In this document: one piece after another, positions 13,090-26,149 of the stretch | Layout: each line of letters opens with the position of its first letter | Numbering within the stretch: the first letter of the stretch is position 1 | From: Cycas panzhihuaensis | Taxonomy: Eukaryota > Plantae > Cycadophyta | DNA length: 64,000 nucleotides | NCBI GenBank assembly: GCA_023213395.1 | Contig: CM041465.1 | Location: 95,549,741-95,613,740, forward strand | Direction: 5' to 3' | Notes under the pieces: generated by a model | Database searches by the model: none | Told to the model about the DNA's origin: nothing | What the model saw: the letters and a program-made list of their open reading frames with translations, nothing else | Program-made: the position numbers and the translations under genes

Positions 13090-14293
13090 AATCTTAAAAT
13101 CTTTGGAGGAAGCTATCATTTGGGAAAAACAAAGCATTGTTTGCCTTGGCTCTAGCTTCATCCGCTTCTCTTTGAAGAGCTTCCAACTGGGATTTGAGTT
13201 GCTCTGCAGTAATCTTTGTGTTAATAGCTGAAACAATCCATTTCTCCTTAACATTTATCTTTCCCATATAAGCTATTTAGCTAATATTTCTCCTTCATTT
13301 TTGATAACATCAAGCATTTTTTTACGTAATCTTTCATCATCTACTTCACTAATAATATGATTCAAGTTCTTCACATTTGATACATGTGAAGGTATAATAG
13401 CCTCAACTTCTTTTATTTGCTGCTGTGCCTTACTTAAATCCTATTTCAACAATTCTCTCTTTCTCAACCTTGGTAAAGTCAAAGTACTCCTTTTATTAGC
13501 GCTGGCTCTTTTGTATTGATTTCCTCTTTTAGTTGTTCAATTTGGAACTATAGCCGAGACTTCATCACCTCCATACATATTGTCAAGTGTTTCTGATTGT
13601 CGATAAACAACAAGTGATGCTACAAATGAATCTTGGATTTCAAAACACTACATGTTACCGAACATAAAAAGTAAAAGCTTCAATATTATAGCCTCCACGG
13701 ACTTATTTGCCCTCCCATTTGGCATAATATAGAGTCTTCAAATAATATAGAGTCCCTCGCTTTTCTTCGGATCCGAGACAAGCATCTTTCCATTTCGTGT
13801 CCAATCTATTGAATCGTAGTGCTCCTCGGTACTCTGGCCCCGATCTATTCTTATTGATAAGCAATTCTTCTATCGCTCAAAGACTTAGATCGATTTCTTT
13901 ATAGCAATGTTCTCTGTTGGCGTCTTCCCCTCTATTGGTGACGCCTGTTAGCATTCTCCCGCCTCCTCCGCTGGTATTGGAACTTTCTTCTTCTGTGTTG
14001 TGGCGGGCGTTTCAAGAACGCAGAAGAAGTTTGGCACGCACTGACCGCTGGCGCCTCAAAGATCTTCCTCCCGCCTTCGCCGCGCTAGTAACATCATTGC
14101 GTTTGTTGGGTGCCTTCCATGCTTTTAATAGCCATCTTGTGCATAGCATGTTGAGTGTGGCGTCAGATTTAAAGCCATCTCGACGCTTGTTCCTCACGCC
14201 GCAACGCTTGATAACCGATTGTGTTGGGTACCGTGTTATTATCAACCGCGTTTCGTTCTTTGAATAATGCGATGCATTTTTTTGGCATTTCAA
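13090..14293 (-). pseudogene. Decayed antisense ORF of unknown family inside the copia-like element
   Basis: The frame of ORF 14012-14293 continues to 13703 with only two internal TGA (14012-14014, 13877-13879). Frameshifted coiled-coil-like segments follow (FQIEQLKEEINTKE, DLSKAQQQIKEVEAII, QLKSQLEALQREADEARAKA). Confidence 0.6.
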
Positions 14294-15707
14294 AGATTAA
14301 TGCGATGTGATTGACGATGTTGCTTTTAGCATTATGTTATATACTTTTATTCGGCATTTATATATAAATACATATATTTATTTATAAGTGCGCCCGACTC
14401 ACTTAATATATGTTGGTGTATATATTTTTAAGATTCGTATCAGATTTTACACTCTCCGCCCATCCGCAATAACGGCATGATCACGCTTTCTTAAACGCTT
14501 TTATTTTAAAATTTTTATTTTATTTTTTATTATTTTACTATATTGAATATATTTTTGAAATCCAGTTTTTGAAAACCCTAACCCCTTTATAACTCAGCCT
14601 CTAGTCATAAGAAGCCACCACGTGACCTCTGTTGTTTATCACAAGGGGCCAACAATCTAAATTTTTTTTCTTTTCCATTTTATTTTTAAAAAATTTTATT
14701 TTACACAGAGTTATTGGCGCTTTTGTGGCCATAACTTCTATTTGGCTGATCAGTTTCAGACAAAACCTACGCCAATAGATCAGAAATTTTTTGTAGATCT
14801 ATTTCAACTGGTCATAAGACCAATTTGGTGCCCATTTGACCTTGTTTCGACCTTTTTAACATTGGACTTTCGAAATTTCAGCAGTTTTTATATTTTTAAC
14901 AAAATCGGTTTTAGAACTGGCTGTCATTTACTTTTGGTAAACTGTTTTGTGTCCGAATTTTTTCTATAGTGATCTACTTCATATAGACTTTAATACCCAT
15001 TTTTTATTTTAATTTTTTTAGTTCATTTTCACTAATATTTTAATCACTAAAATAAGAAATTTAGTTGTTTTTGCATGTTTCTTGAGTATTCTCCATAAAG
15101 ACACTTGTTACATTTTTCACTATAACTTTTGCAATTTTTATCAGATTTCATTTCCGTTGGGAAGCTGACTCATTTCTCTTCATTGTGATATATTTTTTTA
15201 TATATTTTGACACAATTTTCTCATATTTCAAATCAGCTAAAGTTGAGGTATTTTATTAGCCTAAATCTGCTTTTTTTTAGACCTGTTTAATATATTCTTT
15301 CAAATTTTTCAATTGGCAGAATATTAATTACTTCATCAATAATATTTGATCATTTGTTTAACTTTTCTAAGGATTAATTAGTATTTTTATACAATTTTTG
15401 TCTACCCTGCTCCTGTTAGGTTCCATTCCTTTGCCTCATTCAAAACGTGATTTATTGGTATCCATTTTCAAAACCGTTTGTTTTATTGGATTCACATATC
15501 AGCAATCTACATATTAATACAATTTTAAGCTATTCTGACCTCATTCAATATAGTTTTCAATCTGTTAAAGTTGAGTATATATATACATCCTAACAAGCTT
15601 GTCTTCTTTCAAAATTTTAAAGAAAATTCTAGTTTATATCTCATTGTTTATTCAAGATTTCTACTTGATCTTATCATCATTTTCTTATTGATTAAATTAC
15701 TTTCAAA

Positions 15708-16088
15708 ATGGCACAATTCCCCATTTTCAATGGCCATAACTATTCACTATGGTATGATACTATGCACACTTACTTTATTGAACGTGATCTTTTGAAGTAT
15801 TTACAACATGAATGTGACCTTAGCCTTAAAGAAAATTTTAGAAAAGATAATGAAGTGTTAGGTTTATTATTTTGCACTATGACTGATGATGTCTTTTCAT
15901 TAGTTTCTGAATTAACAACATCTAAGTCTGTTTGGGATTTATTGATTTCCATTTATGGGGGAGATATCCCCACTGTATTTGATGAAACTTTTGATGAGCA
16001 TGTCAGACAAGTGACAGAACAGGTAGATCATGACGGCAATACCATTGAAGATTCAGATCAAATGCAGGACCACCTTGTTGCACAATGA
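15708..16088 (+). CDS. Truncated copia Gag N-terminal protein (DUF4219 / Retrotran_gag_2-like), 126 aa
   Basis: Uninterrupted ATG ORF with PIFNGHNYSLWYDTMHTYF...DNEVLGLLFCTMTDDVFSLVSELTTSKSVWDLL, the typical start of copia gag. Confidence 0.85.
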   Translation: MAQFPIFNGHNYSLWYDTMHTYFIERDLLKYLQHECDLSLKENFRKDNEVLGLLFCTMTDDVFSLVSELTTSKSVWDLLISIYGGDIPTVFDETFDEHVRQVTEQVDHDGNTIEDSDQMQDHLVAQ

Positions 16089-16409
16089 TTTGATCCTCCA
16101 TTTGAGGGGGAGCATCATGAAGACGAATCTTATGACATAACGAAGAATGAACCTGGTGATATGACAATTGTTCAAAGCATAAAGAGTACAAAAGTTCAAG
16201 TCCAAATTACAGCTATTCATCTACTTTTGCATCAAGTTTCATCTACCTATAGTCTTCCTACATCATTCTATAATAAAGAGATATATGCGACTATAAGGGT
16301 GAGAAGCATTGACAAAGATCAAGATTGGAATTTCAAAGTTTCTTTCAAGTACCAGCCCACAAGTTCAAGGAAAAGATACAAGTGTTCGTGCTGACATTAA
16401 GGGGGAGAA

Positions 16410-16855
16410 TGTTGGGTGTAATGTCATCACTCAACTCCCTCTTACCTACCAGGATTATGCACCTCAATTTAGACATGTGATGCTCAACATGTCAAGGTAA
16501 GTTAAGGTAAGTTGAGTTAGTTTCATTTGAGTTAAGTTAGTATTATTTTATTATTAATTTGAATTCAGGGGTTGAGAAGTTTCCCTCCTCCCCCAAACTA
16601 TAAATGTTAAGGGGTGTACAACCCTGGTGTCTTTAGACACCACCTACTTTTGAGGAAGATTTGTAATACTCATTCTACTACAATGGATTGAACAACAAGG
16701 CTCTCATGTGTTTATGCTATTGCAATGGTGATACACTGCTGTATTAATGCAATACTAGTTTATACTTATTTGATATATGTTCTAACCTGTTAGTTTGCAA
16801 GCATTTTTTCCATCATTTGGTATCAGAGCATTGTGGCTCCATATTTTTTCCATCA
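16410..16855 (+). repeat. 3' LTR
   Basis: Follows the PPT and matches the 5' LTR. Confidence 0.95.
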
Positions 16856-17949
16856 TTTTTTTAAGTAATTCTAATAGTTAGTTAGTTAATGGTTAGGGTA
16901 ACTATTAAGTTAGTCATATAAAATATAAATGACTCTTCCATGAGTCATACATGTGTGTGGATGCATATATGTGTAATTACTTAGATTTATCTAATGGTTG
17001 GCTATTTGTATAATTATTGATTATACAACTCTTTTTTGTAATGTTTCTTTGGGGTTATATGTAATTATGAGAGGGCTAAATATAATACCCATTTTGTAAT
17101 AGAAGTAATTTGATTCTTTCCATGAAGGGTATGCAACTATGATCGCTATGCCTTATTATATTTATGGCATGGCTAAATGAAACATAAATGGTTGATTAGT
17201 TTAAAAAGCACATTTTGATGCAATTATGTACATTGGTTCTATTGTTAACGTGAACCAAGTCCAAAGGGAGAGTGAAGAATGCAAGAAGAAGAATGGTTAA
17301 CCTAGTTTAAAAAAATCATAGTAAGGTCATTTGTTGCCACCCAAATCTAGAACCAAAGTTAAACCTAAAACATGTCAAAAGAAGAACCAATATTAGGAAT
17401 GGAAGAAAGTGTATGGGGGTGTGAGCCAATCTAGATTTTTAGTAACACCAAAGATATAAACAAAGAGGAGATCATCTAGAAGTTCACCCAATAAAGGGAA
17501 GGATACTACATTGGAAGAATTGGATATGTTGCCAATCTAATATCATATATTGCTTCACCAACAACCAATTTAAGATTAATTAAAGATTCAACAGATAAAG
17601 GGATATAAATAAAACAAAAAGTAAGTATTCTTGTGGAAACACTATGGAGACAAGTAGGTCAAGACCCTAAAGACTACATTTTATGTAGGTATTTATAAAA
17701 CCTTAAAATTTTGAGTTTGGGTAGTAAAGAAACTACTATAGATTTAGAAGAAATTTATACAAAATAATGGATAAATTCTACCATGGCGGGGGCATCTAAA
17801 CTTCATATTGGAAGCATTGTTTATAATAAACAAATATTCTTTCTATAAAGGGTTTGCTATGCATTTTGAAGGAGTACTCATTTTAAGGTATGCAATAGGA
17901 GGCTCTCATGATGGGAATAAACCATCAAGAGGGAGTAATTTGAATAACT

Positions 17950-19850
17950 AAGGTTTAAATTTAATGCCATACATTATTATTCAAAATAATTCAACCTTTG
18001 GATCATTGGAATATAATAGATCAAGAGACCTAGTTAATCATTTGGCCCTCTTTAAGAACTTACTTACTATGAAAATGATTCATGACACAATAGCGATAAA
18101 GGCCAAATTCTTTACAACCTTGAAAGGGGAGGTAATTTGGTAATAATTTCATGATATCAATATATGTCTATAACAAATCCTACTTGGGACCAAATACAAA
18201 CACAATTGTTGGATTGATTTTAGAAGCTATAAGGGATCTAATGGTAGTTTTTCAAGCCTTGGAAAAAGTCAAATAATATTTAAGTGAGTCTATGATAGAT
18301 TTTTATGGATGAATGTGGATAATAATCAATAAAATGAATTATGTGACTCCCATATCTCATATTCACTTTTTAAAATGTTTTATATAAGGATTGACACCAT
18401 ATTTGTGGGAGAAGATGAGCTTGCATATGATGGCAAGTTATAAGCAACTAAAGGAGTTAGCAAAGTCAATTAAAAATTAGATGCAAATAACATATTTATG
18501 ATCACCAAAAATGGGGCCAAACTCTGAATCAGAAGCTCTTTGAAGAGGTATAGAAGCTCTTAAGAATCAACTTCAAGTTTTAATTTCCTTTGATTGGTGG
18601 GTTTAGAATTCAAAGGTTAAGGAGTTAAAGGTAGAGCTCATAAAACTACAACTATAAAATGACCAACCTAAAGAAGAGATGTGGTGTCTTCCACCTTACA
18701 ATAAATAAGGGCATATTTGGAATGGTATTTATCAAATGAGTAGCTATTTCATAATTGATTATAATTTTAATAGATAATAGATAACATATGGATAAGGAAA
18801 AGGGAATGTTCAAGGACTAGATATCTAAAACTCCTTTTTATCAAGGTATAGATAGAGATTTATTAAAATAGTATAAAGAAAAAATGAAGCCATTTTGTTG
18901 TCATTTATGTTAGCATTGGGGGTATTTTTATTTAGAATGCCCAAAGAATAAAGGAGAATATATTTATGAAGAATGTGGTCTTGGAGACCATAAATGGGAA
19001 ACTTGTCCTAAAAATGGGAAGGTAAATGTTCAAACCTTGAACTTGATGACCAATATGGAGATAATAAAGGAGAGGACCATTCCATGTTTTTGTAAACTCA
19101 AAGTAGTAAGATATTATCACCACTTACATAACAATCTTCCTTTCTAGAGATAATAATAAAAAAGAAAAGATTGTAAGAGTCTATGGAAGCATTACAATAA
19201 GAAATGCAGATCATGGAGCAGCAAGAAAAAATTTATACACCATAGAAAAATGAAGGAAGAAATCAACATTTGAAGAACACTGCAAAGGAGGTAGCCAATA
19301 AGTTATTATTAGCCCATGACAAAAGTTAGGGCCTTTCCAAAAATTTTAATGGAATTAGGTATTGGCATTCTTATAATATCTTTTAGTGATATGAGGCTAG
19401 TTATTTCTAATAAGTACTATTGGATCTATTAAGAAACTAATACTTATGGCACTATAGACTAGCATGGTGGATCCTCATATACTAATGGTCATTTGGTAAC
19501 ACAATCTACAAAAGAATTATAGATGGTAGATCAAGGTTTAATGTGTTTCTAGAAGCAACTTAGATATCTTGAGGGAACTAATCATTTTACCTCCTAATTA
19601 TTCAATCTAGTTGGTCAATCATATGAATGTTTGACCAATGGGAGTTTTGATGAATTTTCTAATTATTATTACCAGTATCACTATAGTTTTAGATTTTGCG
19701 ATCGTTCAAATGCAAAATTACAAAATAAAAACTACCTAACTTTGTCGAGGAGACCATGGTTAATGGAAACTAAAGCAATATAAGATTAGGGAAGATACAC
19801 ATTAAACTCCACATTGGAGGAAAAATAATGAAATTGTCCTTAAGATCATA
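17950..19850 (+). pseudogene. Decayed non-chromovirus gypsy gag-protease
   Basis: Gag-like YNRSRDLVNHL...FFTTLKGEVIW at ~18010-18140. Protease IIDGRSRFNV at ~19517 and LSRRPWLMETKAI*D at ~19742. Confidence 0.7.
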
Positions 19851-20454
19851 TGGCCCAAATATTTTAAAAAAATTACAGATGAAGACATAACTTCAACAAC
19901 ATCTTATACTATAATAATAATAAATTTTTGCTTGAAGTTGGTATTCTAGGTACAGGAAGTGTTGAAAGATACTAAACATTTATATGTATTGAATTAAATA
20001 TATGATGCTTGGTAAAAAATGGAGCAATTAACTTGTTATCATGTGGAAGTTTATCTTGATTTTCCAAAATTGGAATCAAATAAAGATACATATAATGATC
20101 AATTAAGTATTGATGAAATTAATAAACAAGATTGCTACCAGGTATTTGTTGACTATATTATTGAGGAAGTAGTTAAGGGCTCTATAGAATAACATAATAA
20201 GGTAGAAAAATCACAATAGATCACAAATATCCAGAAAGAGTTTATGAGAATCCAATAGAGATTGTGATGTACTAATAAATGTTAGAGGTAAAAGATCTAA
20301 CATAGACCCAAAAATTAAAAAAATAGATAACAAAAAAATCATAATAAATTTTGGTTGATGAAATCCAAAGTATATATTCAATAAAGTAATTAGGAAGGAG
20401 TTTGATTCAAAAAATAAAATAAAAGGTAATTTTGAATTTATAAAAGATTTGATG

Positions 20455-20900
20455 TATGAATTACCTAAATTTTGGGGGATTGAAAATTCTTTTTAATATT
20501 TACAACAATGTAAAAAAGTTTTGATTTTTAAACAATATAAGCAAAAATATTAGATATATTTGTTTTCCCTATTCTTAACTAGATCAACATTCACATGGTT
20601 TGGGTGCTATCATTTTTACTTTGAATCATGATAAACATTTACCACCTGGTTCTAACTTAAACTTCAATTAGAACATACATGCCTACATTTATAAATGGTA
20701 GGGATCTATATGCATATTTAAATAATTATAAAATAATTTGAACTAGAGATGGCATTCAAACAAAGGATTAGATTAATCATTTTACATGTATGTTAAAAGG
20801 AGTTAGAAGGCATTGCTTAGAAATGTGTGAAAGAATTAAATAGATCAATTAATATATTTTGCATCAATATTTTTTATCACACATTTGCTTACCATAGTAA
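20455..20900 (+). pseudogene. Second gypsy gag-like remnant
   Basis: ELPKFWGIENSF*YLQQC...ILTRSTFTWFG resembles the start of a Retrotrans_gag domain. Confidence 0.4.
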
Positions 20901-21309
20901 TAATGCATCCATATACAAAGTGTTAACAATAATGAAATAACAATTGGTAGAACTTATTTATCCTTACTATAAATTATATAATTGTTCTAGTGATGTATTA
21001 AAAGATATATAAAGATTAGAATTAGAATCTATAAGTGAAGAAGGAAAATAATAATTACTTTGTAGCTATCCTCTAGAATATTCTACTCTAGAATTTGGAG
21101 ACCATATAATCAATCAAACTCTAGCATATGAAATGGGGGTAGATGGTAAGACTGTGAAAGGATTAGAGCTAAAGTTATAAAAACTTAATATAGAATCATA
21201 AGAGAAGCTGTAATATATCATTACGGGTGATTACTCAGATGATGAAATAATCTCCAAGTCTATGACACTTTTTGTGTAAAAATAGAGCATATAAATATCA
21301 ACATAATGA

Positions 21310-24300
21310 TGTTAGAAAAAATAAATGATTTCAATTGATTAATAAATGATCAAACATATACATATATAGTCATGATATGATGATAAAACCTAATCAAATG
21401 ATATCGATATGATATCTAATCAAAATATAACATTAATGTACCAATTGTGTATTATCTTCTAACTCTCCCTTATAATGCACATTTAGGATGACACATAGGT
21501 TTCCTCTACATTTATAATGCTTGACTTTTAATAATGCATTTATAAAAGTATTTATAATCTAGTCTTTAGACCTATAATGATGTAGTCCAATCTTGGCTTA
21601 TTATACCAACTCTCAAATGAAATGATGCTTGATCTTGATACACTTTATTCAACTATGAAAAGTTGGATTCTTTTTCATCTAGATAGCATTTTGGTTATCA
21701 CAAAATATCTATGTAGGTGCAATCTATGACTGATGTAAATCTTGTAGTATCCTTCTACATCAAACTATTTCATAAGCTACTACTTCAACTTCTTTGTATT
21801 TTGCTTCAACTATATATTAGAAAACTATTAGTTATTTATTTATATTCTAAATAATTATGATTGATTAGTTAACTATACAAAGTAGGATCAACTGAAGAAA
21901 AATCTTTATCTTTACTTAACTTCAACCCAACTTTAATAGGAGCAATAATTGAACTACAAGTACTCATATTAAACTTCTTTAAAATATCCATAGTATATTT
22001 AGTTTGTAACATATGAATGTCATAAGTGTTCATGCCCTTTAACTTTAAATCTTTGTGGTTATTCCACATAAATCTCTTCATCGATATAATGATTAAGAAG
22101 TATTGATTTCGAATCCACCTAAAATACTATTGACTTTTATTAAGTAGCAAAGAATAAAACAATCATGATTATATCCATCTTAGCAATTAGTATAAAGTTT
22201 TCTTTATAATCAATTCCTTCCTATTAAGCATAACCTTTCATAACAAGTCTTACCTTAAATTTAAAAGTATTACTATTAATTTTATATTTTGTTTTATATA
22301 TCCACTTGGTTCTAATTATATCTTTACTAATAGGTAACTCTACCAAACCCTATATATCATTCCTTATCAAAGTATCATACTCAACTTCTATTGCTTGAAT
22401 CTAGTATTCACTTTTAGTACTATACTCAACTACCATTGCTTGAATCTAGTATTCACTTTTAGTACTTCATCAAATGTTTAAGAGTCATAATTATTCATTA
22501 CTTAAGCCATTAAGGCATAATTAACTTATATTTATAATCTTGTCAATCTTTTATCAAAGTTTGTATCAAGATTATCACTTGGGTTATGGCCTCTTATAAG
22601 CCATTTTGGAGCTTTCTTTAAACTTGACTCACTTGCTGAAGGTTGAGCATATTCAACATCAATCAAAACTTATTTGCCTTTATCATTTGGTGAATCTTCT
22701 TTATATATAACATATTCATAAAAAATAACATATCTACTAATAAAGAATTTCTTTGCTGGAAAATTAAATAATGTATAAGCATTTTCTTTACTAGAGTATC
22801 CTATAAATATGCACTTAAAAACTTTTGCTTTCCAACTTAGTTCTTGTTTTATCCAGAGCATGTACATAAGCCACACAACCGAGGACTCTCAACTAATTCA
22901 TGATAGGTTTAAAACTTGTCAAACCTTCTTCAAGTGTTAAGTCCATTAATTCCCTAGTAAGAATTTTGTTAAATAAGTATATAATAATATTCACTACTTC
23001 AACCTAAAACTTGTCATCAAGTTGATTTTTCTTAAGCATGTTTCTCCTCATTTTAATAGTGATAATAATTTTTCTCACTATGCCTCTATTTTATTGTGGT
23101 ATATACAGAGTTATAAATTGTCTTCTTATAACTATTTTGTAATAGAAATCTCTAAATTCATTTGAGATGAACTCTCCCCTATTATTAGAATTTAAAACTT
23201 TTAATTTGTAACCACTTTGCCTTTCTACCATAAGTTTATACTAAAAAAATCTCAAAAATGCCTTAAATTTTTTCTTAATAAAATAGATCTAAATTTTCTT
23301 TGTGAAGTCAATAATCAAAATTATGGATCATCTTTATTTTCTAAGTGATATAGTCTTCATTAGTGCATAAAAATGAATATGAACCAACTCTAAAAGAAAA
23401 TAGACTCTATATTATGAATTTGGAAAGCCATCCCTATATTGCTTACCAAAGATGTATTATTCACACACATTATTATTTCCTTAAACGTATAGAAGTCCTT
23501 TAACTATTTAATACTCCCTCAAAGTTGATGCCAAACCACATTATTATAAATAATTAAAGCTTTAAAATTTAAGTAAATATTATAATTTTGAATAACCTAT
23601 CTTGAGTTAGTTGCCCTTTTGCTATAATTATATCATTATTCAACTTATTCATAATTTCACATTTAACATTATCAAACACTAACTTATATTATTAATCCAT
23701 CATTTTTTAATAGATATTAAGTTTCTCTTCAAGCTAATATAAGTAACACATCACAAATATTTTTTGTTTCTCTACTATAAGTTTTAATTGAGATAACACA
23801 TTACTGTTAAATGTCTTGTGTGTTATTATCACTAAACACAACTTTATATTTCTTATAATCTTCTTCAATCTTAGGAAATAATTCAACATTATAAGACATA
23901 TAAAGCTTGAGTAATTAAACTTGAATAAAATAAATTTTTATTCTTTTGTGATTTATCAACTGCTTTGTTTATCTCAAAATCCTTTCTCCTAATTTAATAT
24001 ATATTTATAAGATGACCAAGTTTCTATATTTGTATCATTGAGGTCATGTAAAATCTCTCTTCCTCTTCCTTGTGGAGTAGGACTCCTAGTACTTCCTCTT
24101 ACTCTCATAGATGGAATTATACCTCTACTCATTTAGTGAAAGTTTAATAATAATTTACCTTTCAAAGTCAAGGTGCCTACCTATTGAAAACTTAGTCTCC
24201 TAAATCTTCCTTTGAAGCTTGACTTTATAGCAAAAGATTGCTACATATTTTTATTAGATACCTCATTTCTCTCTTCCATAATAAGAAACATAGCATTCAA

Positions 24301-24797
24301 TTTATTAACTTTCAAATAAGAAAGATATCTTGGTACTTCAATGCTTGTTGTTATATTTTTAAATTATTAATTATTTATTAATTTCACCTATACTCCTTAG
24401 GATCTTTTTAACAATTCTTTGTTTGGAAATCTTTGCAACTAAGGACATTATTTAATTTACCAAAGGTTGTGTATTTGTGATGAAATCATTAACATATTCA
24501 TATGTACTCATCCTAAGATTTTCAAAATTCCATCTTAGTATTTGTAATTTAGCACTACAAGTATCTTTCAATGTAGTTTTTAAGGCATCCCAAACTTCAT
24601 TTAAAATACCAACATCATAAACTCTAGGAAATATTAGATCATCCAAAGTATAAAAGATGAGATATAGAGTTTTATTATCTTTCTTCCTTAAGTCCTTCAA
24701 TTATTTTTCTTAATTAAGTGATAATTAAATAGTAAGAGTAATTAGAGAAGGTGGTGTATAGTCATTTTTAACAAATTCTTGTAAATCATATACTATT
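21310..24797 (-). mobile_element. Ty1/copia element A, 3' part (gag-PR-INT-RT-RH relic, PPT, 3' LTR)
   Basis: ORF 24452-24700 (gag, KKDNKTLYLIFYTLDD...WDALK). ORF 22670-22876 (KCIFIGYS..KAYTLFN, integrase/SH3). ORF 21869-22081 (QTKYTMDILKKFNM, RT). PPT reverse complement CTCTCCCT at ~21463. Confidence 0.88.
22378..22467. repeat. 45-bp tandem duplication in copia A
   Basis: TACTCAACT...TTGCTTGAATCTAGTATTCACTTTTAGTACT occurs twice. Confidence 0.9.
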
Positions 24798-26149
24798 TGT
24801 TAGAATTTAGAATTTAAATTTAATATCATGTTATGATATAATAAGTATATACAACTAAAATATAACAAGCATGCATAATAAATGAATCATGAGAAATATA
24901 CCCATATAAAATAATCAACATGAATTATAAAGTGAATAAAATATTAAACATACAATAAGGACTCAATAAGCATTCACTACAAAAGAGATAATATATTTAT
25001 ATATGAAAAATCCATTGTAGGAAAAACCATAGGAGAAGGTAGAGTTTGGAGCTCTTTTTAAATATCAAAATAAGTACATCTCTAGGTCTTAAGCTTTTAA
25101 GTGATATGCATACATATTTATATCAATAGTCACCTCATGAGTAGCCTATTATTTCTCTTGAGCTTTTAAATTATCTAATAGGATATTTCAATAGATATAT
25201 ATGCATATCACATCTCTTAATATATTTGATAAGTGGGGTTGTGTATATGTTCACAACATTAACATTAAACATTATATATATGAATAATCATTCCAATATT
25301 TATATATTCTAGAATTCTTCTTTAATGCTTAATATCTTTAAATTTTCATCTTTAAGTCTCCAATTGCTTGGTTTTTAATGTCTTCATGTCTGTTGGGTGA
25401 AAGATCTAGTTGCCATACTCCATTATACTAAAGTAATGACACATAATAAGAACAAAATGAAGAAAAAAATTTAATAGCAAAAATGAGAGGTGAGAATTAT
25501 GACTTCCTTTCATATTCAACCTTATATATCAGAGGATGTACATTAGGGTTTCTAAAGGCATTTCCTGCCTAATAACATAATCTTAAAATTATACCTAAAT
25601 GTAAATGAAATTATATTTAACTATGTGACTTAGCTAACCTAAAGTCACCTTTATATAATTAATCTAATGACCTTGATGTATTAACATCCATAAATCCCCC
25701 TCTTCATGGTAAAAGGTCATTATGATAAAATCTATTCTATGAGATCTTCATTTGAGCCTCATTATTACATTGACACTTTTATGGGAAAACCCTCATGGGG
25801 AATAAAAAACTGTAAACTTTCTAAGATCTATATCCCCTTAAATCAAAATGTCTAAGGTGACTTGATGTAGCCTGATAGCCAGGTAGCTTAAATATGCAAC
25901 TTGATCTATTGAGTCTCCATATACCATTTGGTCATCCTTCCTGCCCTTTCAGGTTTTTCCAAGTTCTAATTTTCTAGGACTAGTATAACCCTTATCCTTC
26001 GGTACCCACAAGGGATTTTCATAAATAAGATAGAGCATAGACTTACTCTTATTTTTTCACACCCATAAGGGGTTTTCATGAATGGAATAGAGTATGATGA
26101 TCTTTTTATTATTTCCTCTAATCAATTAGAGATGGAGTCCTGAAGGTTG

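Larger units (their letters stand above)
11506..16855 (+). mobile_element. Young non-autonomous copia-like LTR retrotransposon (gag fragment only, no pol)
   Basis: LTRs 11506-11948 and 16410-16855 (TG...CA; 8 substitutions and 2 small indels counted). PBS TGGTATCAGAGC 11951-11962. PPT AAGGGGGAGAA 16399-16409. Flanks ATTTT/TTTTT (imperfect TSD). Confidence 0.95.

Noticed and set aside
13917-14267. 116-aa plus-strand ORF
   Set aside because: Non-ATG start. Most likely the shadow of the longer antisense frame in GC-rich sequence.
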